Notes: generated by a model not told the origin, from the sequence alone. A DNA stretch of 64,000 nt from an uncultured Actinomycetes bacterium (GCA_963794255.1 CAWCDC010000010.1:206033-270032); one strand, 5' to 3'. Positions 1-10,626 are shown, counted from the stretch's first letter. Translations and numbers: made by a program.

Positions 1-330
1 ACGTTCGAGCGCACGGCGACGTTCATCCCGATGAAGCCGGCCGCGGCCGACAGGACCGCGCCGATGAGGAAGCCGATCGCCGTCCCCCAGCCGAGCGAGT
101 GGTAGAAGCCGAGCAGCAGGAACGGCACGATCGCGACGATCGCGATCGTCTGGTACTGGCGGCGCAGGTACGCGGCGGCGCCTTCCTGCACGGCGTGCGC
201 GATCTCCTGCATCCGCTCGTTGCCGGCCGGCTGCCGCAGCAGCCAGACCGTGAGGTAGATGCCGTAGAGCGACGGCCGCGCCCGCGCAAAGCAGCGCGAA
301 CAGCACGGCGTGATCCATGAACCAACTCAT
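1..330 (-). CDS. hppA: membrane H+/Na+-translocating pyrophosphatase, N-terminal part (runs off window; one frame break near 270-285)
   Basis: Own minus-strand translation from ATG at 330: [84 protein letters not shown]. This resembles the HppA N-terminus. It is not an intact ORF in the supplied track. Confidence 0.65.
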   Translation of the reverse strand, partial: MSWFMDHAVLFALLCAGAAVALRHLPHGLAAAAAGRQRADAGDRARRAGRRRRVPAPPVPDDRDRRDRAVPAARLLPLARLGDGDRLPHRRGPVGRGRLHRDERRRALER

Positions 331-420
331 CAGGTAGGGCTCCCTCCGGGGCGTTACAAAGTCAACGCCGAGAGACCCCGGCGCGGCCTGGTTTTTACCA
401 CACGGGCCGGATCGACCGTC

Positions 421-1582
421 TCACGAAGTGGGCGTGCGGAGGTGCCAGCGCACCTGTTCCTCGAAGATCTCCCTCATGCCGGCGCCCTCGTCGTGGCGGG
501 CGATCTGGCGCTCCGCGGCGTTTTGCTCCGGGATCGCGAGCCACTCGGCGCGGCGCCGAGCTCCTCCGCGACCGGCCGCACCCACTCGACGAGCGCCTCG
601 AGCCGGGCGCGCGCGGGCATCGGCTCCAGCGCGCGAAGTCGATCAGCTCGCCCGACAGCCCGTAGCGGATCGCGCGCCAGAGGTTCTCCTCGAGCAGGCG
701 GTTCGGCAGGTCCGGCAGCGGCTCGCCCTCGTCGAGCGCGCGGGCGATCCGCGCGGTGAGCGCGTAGCAGAGCGCGGCGAGCGAGCGCGACTCGCCGAGA
801 TCGGGCTGGGCGTCGCAGATCCGGATCTCGACGGTCGGGAACGCGAGGTGCGGGCGCACGCTCCACCAGATCTGGGTGTGCTCGACGATCGAGCCGCTCT
901 CGTAGAGGAAGCGGACGTACGTCTCCCACTCGTCCCAGCTGCCGAGCGCGTCGGGGATCCCGCAGCGCGGGAACATGCGCGTGAAGATCTGCGTGCGCGC
1001 CGAGTGGAGGCCCGAGAAGACGTCCTCGACGAACGGCGAGCTCGCCGAGAGCGCGAGCAGCTCCGGCAGGTAGTTGCGGAGCGCGGAGCAGACGCGGATC
1101 GCGCGGTCGGCTCCGTTGATCCCGACGTGGACGTGCTGGCCGAACGAGTTGTTGCGCCAGACGACGTAGCGCAGCACCTCGTCGTTGCGCCGGTAGTGCG
1201 GCGTGTCGATGATCCGCTGCTCCTGCCACGGGCTCCAGGGATGCGTGCCGGTGGCGCCGAGCGCGACGCCGCGCGGCTCCGCGAGCTCCCGAAGCTGCTG
1301 CGCGGCGCTCGCCGAGCAGCGCGGCCGCGTCGGCGAACGTGTCGCAGCGGCCGGTGCGGACCTCGATCTCGGAGGCGATCAGCTCGCCGACGAGGTGCGG
1401 CTCGAGCTCCGTGCCGGCGCGGCCTCCTGCAACTCCTCGAAGCGGTTGACGAGGCCGAGCGTCGCCGGGTCGAGGAGCGCGAACTCCTCCTCGACGGCGA
1501 CCGTGAAGTCGGGGACCGCGTCGAACGCCTCGCGCGAGAGCGCGAGCATCTCCTCGTAGCCGAGCCGCTGCTCCTCGCCCAC
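421..1582 (-). CDS. ybdK: carboxylate-amine ligase, YbdK / glutamate-cysteine ligase family 2 (about 3 frame breaks)
   Basis: N-terminus is in ORF 1379..1582 (VAVEEEFALLDPATLGLV). The core is in ORF 395..1177 (NSFGQHVHVGINGADRAIRV..LLALSASSPF..WWSVRPHLAFPTVEIRICDAQ). The C-terminus was recovered in a third frame and ends TPTS-stop at 421. Confidence 0.8.
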
Positions 1583-1624
1583 GCGGAAAGCCTACTAGCG
1601 AATTCGGCGCGGAGAAGCGGCAGC

Positions 1625-2872
1625 TCACGGCGCCGTTCGAGCAGCGCGCTCCGCGACGCCGGCGCCCACGCTCCAGCTCCAGCCGCTCGACGGCGCGGCG
1701 GGCGGCGAGGCCGAGCTCCGTCGGCGCTCGGCGGGAGCGCGAGCACTCTGCGAGGCGCTCGCGCAGGGCCGCGGCGTCGCCGGCGGGGAAGGAGAGGAGC
1801 GGAGCCGCTCCGGGCCGACTCCTCGCCGATGCCGGCCGCGACCTCGGCGAGGCCCGAGTGCGCGCGAGACGAGCGGCAGCAGCCGGCGGCGGCCGCCTCG
1901 GCCGCGACCATCCCGAACGCCTCGGGGAAGATCGAGGGCACGACGGCGACGTCGCAGAGCGGCAGCAGGTGCCGGAGGTGGCGGTGCTCGAGCGGCCCGG
2001 TGAAGAGCGTGCCCGGCGGCGCCAGCGCCTCGAGCTGCGCGCGGTAGTCGCCGAAGCCGACGACGACGGCGCGCGCGTCGAGGCCCGCGATCGCCTCGAG
2101 CAGGACGTGGACGCCCTTGTTCTCGATCAGCTTCCCGAAGTAGACGACGGTCGGCCGTCGCGCGCGAAGAACGCGGCGAAGCGGGCGGCGTTGCCCTCGT
2201 CGGGGAGCCGCTCCTCGCGGTTGCCGGGGTTCGGCGGGTCGAGGCGCGCCTCCTCGAGCAGCCCGGCGAGCGCCTCCACGCGCGGCTCGGGCCGGAACTC
2301 GTCCACGTCGACGCCCGGCGGCACCTCGTGGACGCGGTCGACGTGGCCGACGACCTCCTCGAGCACGCTCGCGGATGTGCTCGGAGCCGACGTAAAGACG
2401 ACCTCGGCGGCGGCGAGCGCCTCGGCGCCCCAGCGCTCGAGCTCGGGCCGGCCGCGCATCGAGTACTCGAGCTCCGAGCCGTGCGCCTTGACGCGGAAGC
2501 GCACGCCGCTCGCGGCGCCGACCGGCGCGCCGAGCAGGACGTGGTTCGCGAAGACGAGGTCGGCCGGGAGCGAGCTCGCGCAGCGCCGCCGCGTTCGCCT
2601 CGACGTACGCGCTCGCGCTCGGCCGCGGTCAGGTCCTGCGAGCAGCCGCGCCTCGAGCCCCTCGTAGCGGTCGAGCACGAACACGGGCAGCAGGCCGTCC
2701 GGCAGCTCCGGCACGACGACGCGCGCGCCGCCGAGGTCGTAGCGCTCCGGGTGGCGCTCCTGGCAGACGACCGTGACGTCGTGCCCGGCGCGGCTCCACT
2801 CCCGCGCGAGCGCGCGCGTGTAGACGTTCGAGCCGGTGCCGCCGAGCAGGTAGCCGTGCCAGAGGAGCTCAT
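1625..2872 (-). CDS. GT4-family (GT-B) glycosyltransferase, multiple frame breaks; ends approximate
   Basis: Pieces lie in three frames: HGYLLGGTGSNVYTRALAREW, PELPDGLLPVFVLDRYEGLEA (ORF 2127..2714), VYFGKLIENKGVHVLLEA, and PSIFPEAFGMVAAEAAAAG (ORF 643..1941). Confidence 0.65.
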   Translation of the reverse strand: MSSSGTATCSAAPARTSTRARSRGSGAAPGTTSRSSARSATRSATTSAARASSCRSCRTACCPCSCSTATRGSRRGCSQDLTAAERERVRRGERGGAARARSRPTSSSRTTSCSARRSAPRAACASASRRTARSSSTRCAAGPSSSAGAPRRSPPPRSSLRRLRAHPRACSRRSSATSTASTRCRRASTWTSSGPSRAWRRSPGCSRRRASTRRTPATARSGSPTRATPPASPRSSRATADRRLLREADREQGRPRPARGDRGPRRARRRRRLRRLPRAARGAGAAGHALHRAARAPPPPAPAAALRRRRRALDLPRGVRDGRGRGGRRRLLPLVSRALGPRRGRGRHRRGVGPERLRSSPSPPATPRPCASASQSARAPAERRRSSASPPAAPSSGWSWSVGAGVAERAARTAP

Positions 2873-2878
2873 GCGCGG

Positions 2879-3497
2879 CTACGTCAGATGGAAGTACAGG
2901 GCGTAGAGCAGCTCGACGGCCGGGTTCGACGTGTACACCGTCACGTCGGCCGGCGTCTCGAGCAGCGCCTCGGAGTAGTTGAAGATGATCTTCACGCCGG
3001 CCGAGACGAGATCGTTCGCCGCGCTGCTGCGCGCCTCCGCCGGCACCGCGAGCACGCCGACGACGATGTTCTGGTCGCGGACGAGCGTCCGCAGCCGTCG
3101 TAGGGCTCGACGGAGACGTGCCCGATCGGCTGCCCGATCTTCGCTGGTCGATGTCGAACGACCGCGGCGATGTTGATCCCGTGCTCGGCGAAGATCGGAC
3201 GACGCGATCGCCTGGCCGAGCCGGCCGGCGCCGACGAGCGCGACGTTGTGCTGGCCCTGGGTGCGCAGGATCTTGCGGATCGCGTCGAGCAGGAGTCGAT
3301 CGAGTAGCCGACCCCGCGCTTGCCGAACTTGCCGAAGTTGGACAGGTCGCGGCGGATCTGGGTCGCGTTGATGTTCGTGTACTCGGCGATCTCCTGCGAG
3401 GAGATCCGCGTCTTCCCCATCTTCCGCGCCTGCGTCAGCACCTGGAGGTACCGCGACAGGCGGGCGGCGACGCCGACGGTCAGGCGATCGGCCACAG
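2879..3497 (-). CDS. rex: redox-sensing transcriptional repressor Rex (about 3 frame breaks)
   Basis: [56 protein letters not shown] (frame of ORF 2992..4941), then [30 protein letters not shown] and ...[28 protein letters not shown]-stop (frame of ORF 2879..4903). Confidence 0.8.
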
Positions 3498-3548
3498 GAC
3501 CCCCTCTGTCGCTCGACTTCGTGACAGCGACTCTGTTGTACCAGCCTC

Positions 3549-3790
3549 CTACGAACCCGCTTGTGCAACCGCGCGCCGGAGCGCGTCGGGCTGCGACGTG
3601 GTACACGAAGCGGCGCCGGCCGTCGATCTCCACGACCGGGATCCACTCGCGGTACGCGGCCTCGAGCTCGGGATCGCCGTCGATCGCGACCTCGCGCAGC
3701 TCGAAGCCGAGCTCGTCGGCGCAGCGCCCACCCGCGCCGAGCCGCGCGCAGAGGTGGCAGCCGGCGCCGGTGTAGAGGACGACCTCGGCT
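3549..3790 (-). CDS. glutaredoxin-like small protein (DUF836-type), one frame break, start codon unclear
   Basis: [13 protein letters not shown]...[40 protein letters not shown], then [14 protein letters not shown]-stop in the frame of ORF 3549..3731. It has a CxxC motif and a thioredoxin-fold-like layout. Confidence 0.55.
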
Positions 3791-5048
3791 ACGGGTAGAT
3801 GCCCGCGCGTGACGGTCGCCTCGGCGACGCGCTGCACCGCGAGCCCGTAGGCGGCGACGCGCATCGGGAGCTTCCGGCTCTGCGCCGTCTCCCAGGTCTC
3901 GTCGAACGCGCGGCTCACGATGTCGTTCAGCTTCGCGTTCACCTCGACCTCCTTCCAGAAGTACTCCTGGAGGCCCTGCACCCACTCGAAGTAGGAGACG
4001 ACGACGCCGCCCGCGTTCGCGAGCACGTCCGGCAGGATCAGGACGCCCTTGTCCTCGAGGATCGCGTCGGCGGCCGGCGTGACCGGGCCGTTCGCGCCCT
4101 CGCAGATGATCGACGCCTTGACCTGGTCGGCGTTCTCCTCGGTGATCACCTGCTCGAGCGCGCACGGCGCGAGGATGTCGCAGTCGAGCAGCACGAGCTC
4201 CTCGTTCGTGATCGTCTCGGCGTCCTTGAGCCCGGCGAGCGTGCGGTTCTCCGCCTTGTAGGCGAACGCGGCCGGGACGTCGATGCCCTTCGGGTTGTAG
4301 AGCGCCGTCGTCGAGTCGGAGATCGCGACGACGGTCGCGCCCTCCTGGTGGAGGAACTGCGCGAGGTAGCTGCCGACGTTGCCGAAGCCCTGCACGACGA
4401 CCTTCATCCCGGCGATGCGCTGGTCGAGCTTCGCCACGGCGTCGCGGATGCAGAAGAGCGCGCCGCGCGAGGTCGCCTCGTCGCGGCCGAGCGAGCCGCC
4501 GATCGTGAGCGGCTTGCCGGTGACGACGCCGAGCACCGAGTGGCCCTTGTTCATCGAGTACGTGTCGAAGATCCAGGCCATCGTCGAGCCGTCGGTGCCG
4601 ACGTCCGGCGCCGGGATGTCCTTCTCCGGCCCGATCTCGTTGATGATCTCGCTCGTGAAGCGGCGGGTCATCCGCTCGAGCTCGCCGCGCGACATCTTCT
4701 TCGGGTCGCAGACGACGCCGCCCTTCGCGCCGCCGAACGGGATCCCCATCAGCGCGCACTTCCACGTCATCCACATCGCGAGCGCCTTGACCTCGTCGAG
4801 CGGTGACGTCGGGGTGGTAGCGGATGCCGCCCTTCGACGGCCCGCGCGCGATGTTGTGCGTGACGCGGTAGCCCTTGAAGACCTGCGTCGTCCCGTCGTC
4901 CATGCTCGACGGGGATCGAGACCTCGACCGCCTTCTTGCACTCGCCGAGCACCGCGACGAGGTTCTGGTCGATCTCGAAGGTGGTGCCCACGCGCCGCAG
5001 CTGCTCGCGCGCCAGCTCGAACGGGTTCTCGCGCAGGTGGGAGGTCAT
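3789..5048 (-). CDS. gdhA: NAD(P)-specific glutamate dehydrogenase (about 3 frame breaks)
   Basis: [17 protein letters not shown].. at 5048, then [57 protein letters not shown]. Deleting one G in CGCGGGCATC restores the C-terminus TRGIYP-stop at 3789. Confidence 0.9.
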
Positions 5049-5116
5049 TGCGACTGCCAAGGTTCCTCTCCTTTGTCGCTGCAAATGGGCCGGAAAAACC
5101 TGACGCCCCGGCGAGC

Positions 5117-6077
5117 TTAGCGCGAGGCGTACGCGTCGAGCGCCAGGTACCGCGGGTACGGAACGGCCTCGGTCCAGCGCGCGGCCGAGGCGATCATCGC
5201 GGCGTTGTCGGTGCAGAGCGCGAGCGGCGCAGCGGCCGCGTCCGGGAGCGCGGCGCGCAGCTCCGAGTTCGCCGCGACGCCGCCGACGATCGCGATCCGC
5301 TCCCGTCCGTCTGCTCCGCCGCCTCGCGCACGCGCTCGACGAGCGCCCGCACGATCGCGTGCTGGTACGAGGCGGCGAGGTCGGCGCGGCGCGCTCGAGC
5401 TCCTGCTCGCCGAGGTCGCGGACGGCGTAGAGGAGCGCCGTCTTCAGGCCCGAGAACGAGAAGTCGAGGCCGGGGACGCGCGCGACCGGGAAGTCGTACG
5501 CCTCTGGGTCGCCGTCGCGCGCGAGCCGGTCGATCTCGCGGCCGCCCGGGTAGCCGAGCCCGAGCAGGCGCGCGCCCTTGTCGAACGCCTCGCCGGCGGC
5601 GTCGTCGAGCGTCGTCCCGAGCAGCTGCCGCTCGGTGTGCGAGCGGACGTCGAGCAGCATCGTGTGGCCGCCGCTCGCGAGCAGGCAGAGGAACGGCGGC
5701 TCGAGCGGATCCGGCTGGAGGTAGAGCGAGGCGACGTGGCCGTCGAGGTGGTCGACCGGCACGAGCGGCAGCCGCCGCGACCAGGCGACCGCCTTCGCGG
5801 CGGCGAGGCCGACGAGCAGCGCGCCGATCAGCCCCGGCCCCTGGGTCACGGCGACGCGGTCGACGTCGTCGAGCGTCACGCCGGCCTCGGCGAGCGCCTC
5901 GCGGATCACGGGCGTCACGAGCTCGAGATGCCGGCGCGACGCGACCTCGGGCACGACGCCGCCGTAGCGCGCGTGCAGCTCGGCCTGCGAGGAGACGACG
6001 CTCGAGCGGATCTCGCCCTCGTCGGTGACGAGCGCCGCCGCGGTCTCGTCGCACGACGTCTCGATCCCGAGGATCAC
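5117..6077 (-). CDS. tsaD: tRNA N6-adenosine threonylcarbamoyltransferase TsaD (about 2 frame breaks in the C-terminal third)
   Basis: GTG-ILGIETSCDETAAALV..VVPEVASRRHLE..VTQGPGLIGALLVG..LLASGGHT..DDAAGEAFDKGARLLGLGYPGG. The tail ADLAASYQHAIVRAL.. and ..LCTDNAAMIA..DAYASR-stop was recovered in other frames. Confidence 0.9.
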
Positions 6078-6543
6078 GGCGCGAGCGACCGGGTCCTTCC
6101 ACATGATGAGCGCGTCCTCGCGGTTGTCCGTGTAGTAGCCGCGCCGCAGGCCGCGCGAGCGGAAGCCGAGGCGCTCGTAGAGGTCGATCGCCTTCGCGTT
6201 CGAGACGCGCACCTCGAGCGTGTAGCCGCGGCGGGCGTCGTCGGCCGTGAGATCGAAGAGCCGCTCGAGCAGCATCGTCGCGACGCCGCGACTGCGGTGG
6301 TCGGGATCGACGGCGACGTTCATCACGTGCCACGCGTCGACGTAGCGCGAGACGATCAGGTAGCCGACGAGCGCGCCCTCCTCGTCGTCCGCCTCGAACG
6401 CGCCGAGGCAGATCGAGCTCGGCTTCGCCAGCTCGCCCGCGAACATCGAGCGCGACCACGGCGTCGGGTAGGAGCGGCGCTCGATCTCCTCGATCGCGCT
6501 GCAGGTCGCCGAGCCCGAGCCGGCGGAGCTCGATCGTCGTCAT
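6075..6543 (-). CDS. rimI: ribosomal-protein-alanine N-acetyltransferase RimI (one frame break near the N-terminus; 3-prime end reads in frame into tsaD as given)
   Basis: [15 protein letters not shown].. then WSRSMFAGELAKPSSICLGAF..VGYLIVSRYVDAWHVMNVAVDPDHRSRGVATMLLERL..LEVRVSNAKAIDLYERLGF. The ATGA overlap with the tsaB stop at 6540-6543 was seen. Confidence 0.8.
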
Positions 6544-7139
6544 CGGACGCTCCTGTCGGCGTCGGGGACGCGGAGGTAGAGCGGCTCGAGATCCGTCGAC
6601 GGGCCGGGCTCGCCGGCGAGCGCAGCGTGGAAGCGGGCGCGCGGCAGGTGGCGCTCGTCGCCGTCGGGCGGCACGACCGCGCCGCGCTCCTCGAGCAGCC
6701 GCCGGTAGCGCAACGCGCCGTCGCCGACGCAGACGGTGGCTTCGTCGAGCGGCAACTCCTGCGGCGCGAGCACGCGCGGCTCGCCGTCGACGAGCGTGAA
6801 GACCTCGCGCCGCTTCGCGTCGATCACGGGCAGCGCTCCGGAGCGCCGGCCGCGAGCGCGGCGAGCGTCGAGACGCCGGAGCCGGGAAGCTCGAGCGAGA
6901 GCGCGAGCCCGCGCGCGACCGCGAGGCCGATGCGGACGCCGGTGAAGCTGCCCGGGCCGAGCCCGACCGCGAGCCGGTCGAGGTCGGACGGGTGCGCGCC
7001 GGCCTGGCGCAGCAGCGCGTCGACGTCCTCGAGCAGCGTCTGCGCCCGCGAGCACGCTCGCCGAGCACCTCGAAGTCCGGCCGTCCACGAGCGCGCTCGT
7101 CGCGACGGCGGTCGCCGTGTCGAAAGCCAGCGTCAGCAC
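6540..7139 (-). CDS. tsaB: tRNA threonylcarbamoyladenosine protein TsaB (YeaZ), several frame breaks
   Basis: [22 protein letters not shown].. at 7139. ..[40 protein letters not shown]-stop lies in ORF 6540..7568. The central part is only readable in other frames. Confidence 0.7.
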   Translation of the reverse strand: MLTLAFDTATAVATSALVDGRTSRCSASVLAGADAARGRRRAAAPGRRAPVRPRPARGRARPGQLHRRPHRPRGRARARALARASRLRRLDARRARGRRSGALPVIDAKRREVFTLVDGEPRVLAPQELPLDEATVCVGDGALRYRRLLEERGAVVPPDGDERHLPRARFHAALAGEPGPSTDLEPLYLRVPDADRSVR

Positions 7140-7543
7140 TCCTCGATCTCCACCGCTCTCCCGGCGCCAGCATGCCGCAAACGGACCGCGAAGCGAGGCG
7201 ACGGGCAGCACGCCCTTCCCCGCCTCGGGCCACTCGACGAACGCGATCGCGTCCTCGAAGTACGGCTCGAGGTCTCCCCACTCCGCCGGCGAGACGCCCT
7301 CGAAGCGGTAGAGGTCGAGGTGCGAGACCTCGACGCCGTCGCCGTGGTAGCGGTGGCCGATCGTGTACGTCGGGCTCGTCACGCGCTCGCGCACGCCGAG
7401 CGCGGCGCACGCGCCGCGGACGAACGTCGTCTTGCCGGAGCCGAGCTCGCCCGCGACGGTGACGACGTCGCCCGGCCGAGCCGCCGCGCGAGCTCGGCGG
7501 CGAGCGCCTCGGTCTCGTCGGGCGAGTTGCTCTCGTGCTCCAC
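7133..7543 (-). CDS. tsaE: tRNA t6A ATPase TsaE (YjeE), one frame break
   Basis: VEHESNSPDETEALAAELARRL (frame of ORF 7379..7900), then GDVVTVAGELGSGKTTFVRG..TSPTYTIGHRY..HLDLYR..FVEWPE (ORF 6540..7568). It has a P-loop. Confidence 0.8.
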
Positions 7544-7558
7544 GCGTACGATCCAAGC

Positions 7559-7862
7559 ATGCCTGCATACGTGATCGTCGAGACCGACATCCACGACCCC
7601 GAGCAGTACGAGCACTACAAGGCCGCGTCGCCGGGCGCCGTCAGCCGGCGGCGGCCGCTTCGTCGTGCGCGGCGGCGAGCTCGCGGTGCTCGAGGGCGAC
7701 TGGGATCCGTCGCGGCTCGTCGTGCTCGAGTTCCCCGACCTCGAGGCCGCGAAGCGCTGGTACGACTCGCCGGAGTACGAGGAGGCGAAGCGGCTGCGCG
7801 AGGGCGCCGCGAACCTCCGCATGGTCGCCGTGCAGGGCTGGACGAGCCGCTCTAAGCTATAG
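7559..7862 (+). CDS. DUF1330-family small protein (one frame break near 7640)
   Basis: MPAYVIVETDIHDPEQYEHYKAASPGAV.. then ..GGELAVLEGDWDPSRLVVLEFPDLEAAKRWYDSPEYEEAKRLREGAANLRMVAVQG (ORFs 7535..7855 and 7665..7862). Confidence 0.7.
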
Positions 7863-7899
7863 GCGCTCGCTGGGACAGCGGGCGGTGAGGCCGCCCGCA
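7863..7899 (+). repeat. degenerate copy (R1) of the TCGSCTGGGCCAG repeat family
   Basis: GCGCTCGCTGGGACAGCGGGCGGTGAGGCCGCCCGCA lies directly after the DUF1330 stop. It aligns by eye with R6, CGCTCGGCTGGGCCAGTGTTCCGGAATGACGCCCGAC. Confidence 0.4.
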
Positions 7900-7959
7900 A
7901 CTTCCGTGTCGGCGTCGCTGTAGCGACTCGGCGCGACGGGGCTTGTCCGAGTACGCCAG

Positions 7960-8285
7960 AGCGGCGATGAGCTTCTGGGCGGCTGTAGTGTAGCGTGTGT
8001 GAATGTGTGTGTGCAGGACGGGTAGCGAGTTGTTAAGGATTTCGTAGTTGATGCGCCGCAGATGCTCGTCTCGACAGGTCAACTCGACGGCGCACGGTGC
8101 AGGCCGAGACGAACGGAAACCGGGCGCTGTTGGAGGTTGATGTCGGTGAGGTGGTTGACTGACGGGTCGTTTGTGAGGAGGAGCGAGTAGCCCGAGAGGT
8201 GCTTTGTGTCGCCGATGACGGGAGCCGCTGCGTAGCCTTGCCATCGCCATCGGGTTTTCACCCAGAACGCGGACAACAGATTCAC
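7960..8285 (-). pseudogene. decayed HIT-family (histidine triad) gene fragment in a lower-GC islet
   Basis: Two minus-strand frames join to give ..VIGDTKHLSGYSLLLTNDPS.. and ..RINYEILNNSLPVLHTHIHTRY. This resembles the IGD..LLL-ND and N..LGN..PQLH-H-H..R signatures of one HIT subfamily, from memory. G+C is visibly below that of the flanks. Confidence 0.35.
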
Positions 8286-8298
8286 GAAGGAGAGCGCA

Positions 8299-8957
8299 CT
8301 AGAAGAGACCGAGCTGCTCGGCCGGCGCCGGCGACCGCCGGCTCCGGCTCGGGCACGGCCGAGCGGAGGCCGGCTCAGCCGCGCCGAGCAGCCCGGGCAG
8401 GCGGGCGAAGTCGGACTCGAGCACCTTCAGCATCGCCGGCGTGTAGAGCGCCGCCGCCGGGTGGTAGAGCGGGTAGAGGAGGACGCTGCGGCCGGCGATC
8501 GTCAGCTGCTGCTCCTGGCCGTGGACGCGCGTGATCCCGAGCGGCCGGCCGGAGAGGAGCTTCGTGGCGAAGTTGCCGAGCGTCGCGATCACCTTCGGCT
8601 CGATCAGCTCGATCTGGCGGAAGAGGTGCGGCTCGCACGCCTCGATCTCGTCGGCTGCGGGTCGCGGTTCCCGGGCGGGCGGCACTTCGAGGACGTTCGC
8701 GATGTAGACGTCCTCGCGGCGCAGCCGACGCCCGCGAGGAGCTTCTCGAGCAGCTTGCCGGCCTGGCCGACGAACGGGACGCCCTGCTTGTCCTCGTGGA
8801 AGCCGGGCGCCTCGCCGACGAACATCAGTCGGCGCGCGGGTTGCCGGCGCCGAAGACGACCTGCGTGCGCCCCTGCGCGAGCCGGCAGCGCGTGCAGGCT
8901 GCGGTCGCCGCTCGCGTAAGCCTCGAGCCCCTCCACCGCGACCGGCACTGCACTCAC
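8299..8957 (-). CDS. uracil-DNA glycosylase, family 4 (about 3 frame breaks)
   Basis: [22 protein letters not shown] (own reframing), [27 protein letters not shown] (ORF 8604..9119), and [40 protein letters not shown] (ORF 8299..8685). Confidence 0.8.
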
Positions 8958-8967
8958 GCAGGCGAGT

Positions 8968-9439
8968 CTACGAGGCGCGTCCGACGGACACGACCCGCGC
9001 CCGCCAGCGGCCGCGCGGCGCCTCGACCTCGATCTCGTCGCCGGGCGCCTTGCCGAGCAGCGCCCGCCGACGGGCGACTCCGGCGAGACGCCGCCGACGC
9101 TCGAGATCTCGATCTCCATGCGCTCGCCGTCGTCGCGCTCGAGCTCGACGTTCGAGCCGACGGTGACGACGCCGCTCGCGGCGGCAGCCTCCTCGTCGAT
9201 GATCGGTCGCGTGCTGGAGCCGGTGGCGGAGGACCCGGATCCGCGGCTCGAGCAGCCCCTGCTCGTTCTTCGCCGCGTGGTACTCGAAGTTCTCGGAGAG
9301 GTCGCCGTGCGCCGCGCGCGGTCGCGATCGCCTCGACGACCTCCTGCCGCTTCGGGCCCTCGAGCTCGGCGAGCTCGGCCTGGAGCTGCTCGTGCGCCGC
9401 GGGCGTCAGCAGCTCGCCGTCGTCGTCCCCCCGCGCCAC
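8968..9439 (-). CDS. greA: transcription elongation factor GreA (about 3 frame breaks)
   Basis: [33 protein letters not shown].. then [17 protein letters not shown] and ..[31 protein letters not shown], recovered across frames. Confidence 0.8.
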
Positions 9440-9446
9440 GGCCGGG

Positions 9447-9656
9447 CTAGTGGCCGCAGCCGCAGGAGCCGCCGCAGCAGCCACCGCCGCCGCCGCCGGT
9501 CGTGACCGGCTTCGCGACGCCGTGCACGGCGAAGGAGGAGAACTGGCGCGAGACGTTCGTCGCGGCGCAGTCGGGGCAGGCAACCTGCTGCTCGCCGCGC
9601 ACGAGCTCCTCGAAATGCGACTCGCACTCCATGCAGACGTATTCGTAGATCGGCAT
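9447..9656 (-). CDS. FmdB-family putative regulatory zinc-ribbon protein
   Basis: Intact ORF: MPIYEYVCMECESHFEELV..VACPDCAA.., with a Gly/Cys-rich tail. It has paired CxxC motifs. Confidence 0.8.
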   Translation of the reverse strand: MPIYEYVCMECESHFEELVRGEQQVACPDCAATNVSRQFSSFAVHGVAKPVTTGGGGGGCCGGSCGCGH

Positions 9657-9724
9657 CGGCGCGACAGACCGTAGCAGGGCGCGGGCGGCGATTCCGCGTC
9701 TGCCGGAGTATCTTCAGCGCCGTC

Positions 9725-10357
9725 ATGTCGATCGGGAACCGATGGGTGGGTCCGGACATGAACGAAGTAGTGGCTGCCACCGATCGGGAGCTCTGGACTG
9801 CGGCCGTCGACGGCGACGCCGAGGCGTTCGGCGCTCTCTTCGAACGCCACTCCCGCGCCGTCTACAACTTCGCGTTCCGCTCGACGGCGAACTGGGCGAC
9901 GGCGGAGGATGCCGCGTCCGACGTGTTCCTGACCGCCTGGCGACGTCGCGGCGAGGTCGTCTTCACGACCGAGTCGGGGAGCGTCCTGCCCTGGCTCCTC
10001 GGAGTTGCGGCCAACCAGCTGCGGAACCGGCGACGGAGCGGGCGTCGGGCCTCTGCCGCGCTCGGGCGGCTGAACGCGCAGGAGGTCCAGCCCGACCACA
10101 GCGACGAGACGGTCGGCCGCATCGCCGACGAGGCGCAGATGGCCGAGGTCCAGGCCGTCGTCGAGCAGCTCCCCGGACACGAGCGCGACGTTCTGGCGCT
10201 CTGCGCCTGGGCCGGGCTCGACTACGAGGAGGCGGCGATTGCGCTCGCTGTGCCGGTCGGGACGGTTCGCTCGCGACTCTCCCGCGCCCGCGCCCACCTC
10301 CGGGAACTCGTCGAGGCGAACGGACATGAACTGAGAAGAGACGTGGTGGCCAGATGA
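9725..10357 (+). CDS. ECF-type RNA polymerase sigma-70 family factor (true start may be the internal Met at 9758)
   Basis: Intact ORF: ..FGALFERHSRAVYNFAFR..AEDAASDVFLTAW (region 2) and ..LPGHERDVLALCAWAGLDYEEAAIALAVPVGTVRSRLSRAR (region 4 HTH). Confidence 0.85.
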   Translation: MSIGNRWVGPDMNEVVAATDRELWTAAVDGDAEAFGALFERHSRAVYNFAFRSTANWATAEDAASDVFLTAWRRRGEVVFTTESGSVLPWLLGVAANQLRNRRRSGRRASAALGRLNAQEVQPDHSDETVGRIADEAQMAEVQAVVEQLPGHERDVLALCAWAGLDYEEAAIALAVPVGTVRSRLSRARAHLRELVEANGHELRRDVVAR

Positions 10358-10626
10358 ACGAGATCCTCGAGTTGCTCCCCATCCCCGCGGAGCGAGACCT
10401 CCCACCCGGCCAGCTCGAGCTGCGTCGCGATGCACTCGTCGCCGCATCGCACGAACGCAGCCCCGAGCCGCTGGCGCGCCGCGCGCTGCGTGCGGCACGC
10501 GGACACATCGCCGGAGCGTGGCTGTCCCTCCTCGCGATGCTCGCGCTCGGGCTGCCCTCGTGTGCAGCGGAGTGTCCGGACAACACCGCACAGCACGGAG
10601 TGACGCAGTGGCGCTGCTGGCCATGA
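10354..10626 (+). CDS. possible anti-sigma-like membrane protein, translationally coupled to the sigma factor; C-terminus may be frame-shifted
   Basis: ATGA overlap with the sigma gene stop. MNEILELLPIPAERDLPPGQLELRRDALV.. followed by the hydrophobic segment AWLSLLAMLALGL. Confidence 0.4.
   Translation: MNEILELLPIPAERDLPPGQLELRRDALVAASHERSPEPLARRALRAARGHIAGAWLSLLAMLALGLPSCAAECPDNTAQHGVTQWRCWP

Noticed and set aside
6060-6095. Apparent in-frame RimI-TsaD fusion protein
   Set aside because: The junction contains GTGA, the usual start/stop overlap for these two genes if rimI were one frame over. Given the many indels nearby, a single-base error is the more economical explanation. A real fusion cannot be excluded without better sequence.
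8251-8297. Possible inverted repeat-family copy closing the HIT islet (GGTTTTCACCCAGAAC..CACGAAGGAGAGCGC)
   Set aside because: The match needs a large internal insertion and overlaps the putative N-terminus of the HIT-like frame. It is not convincing.
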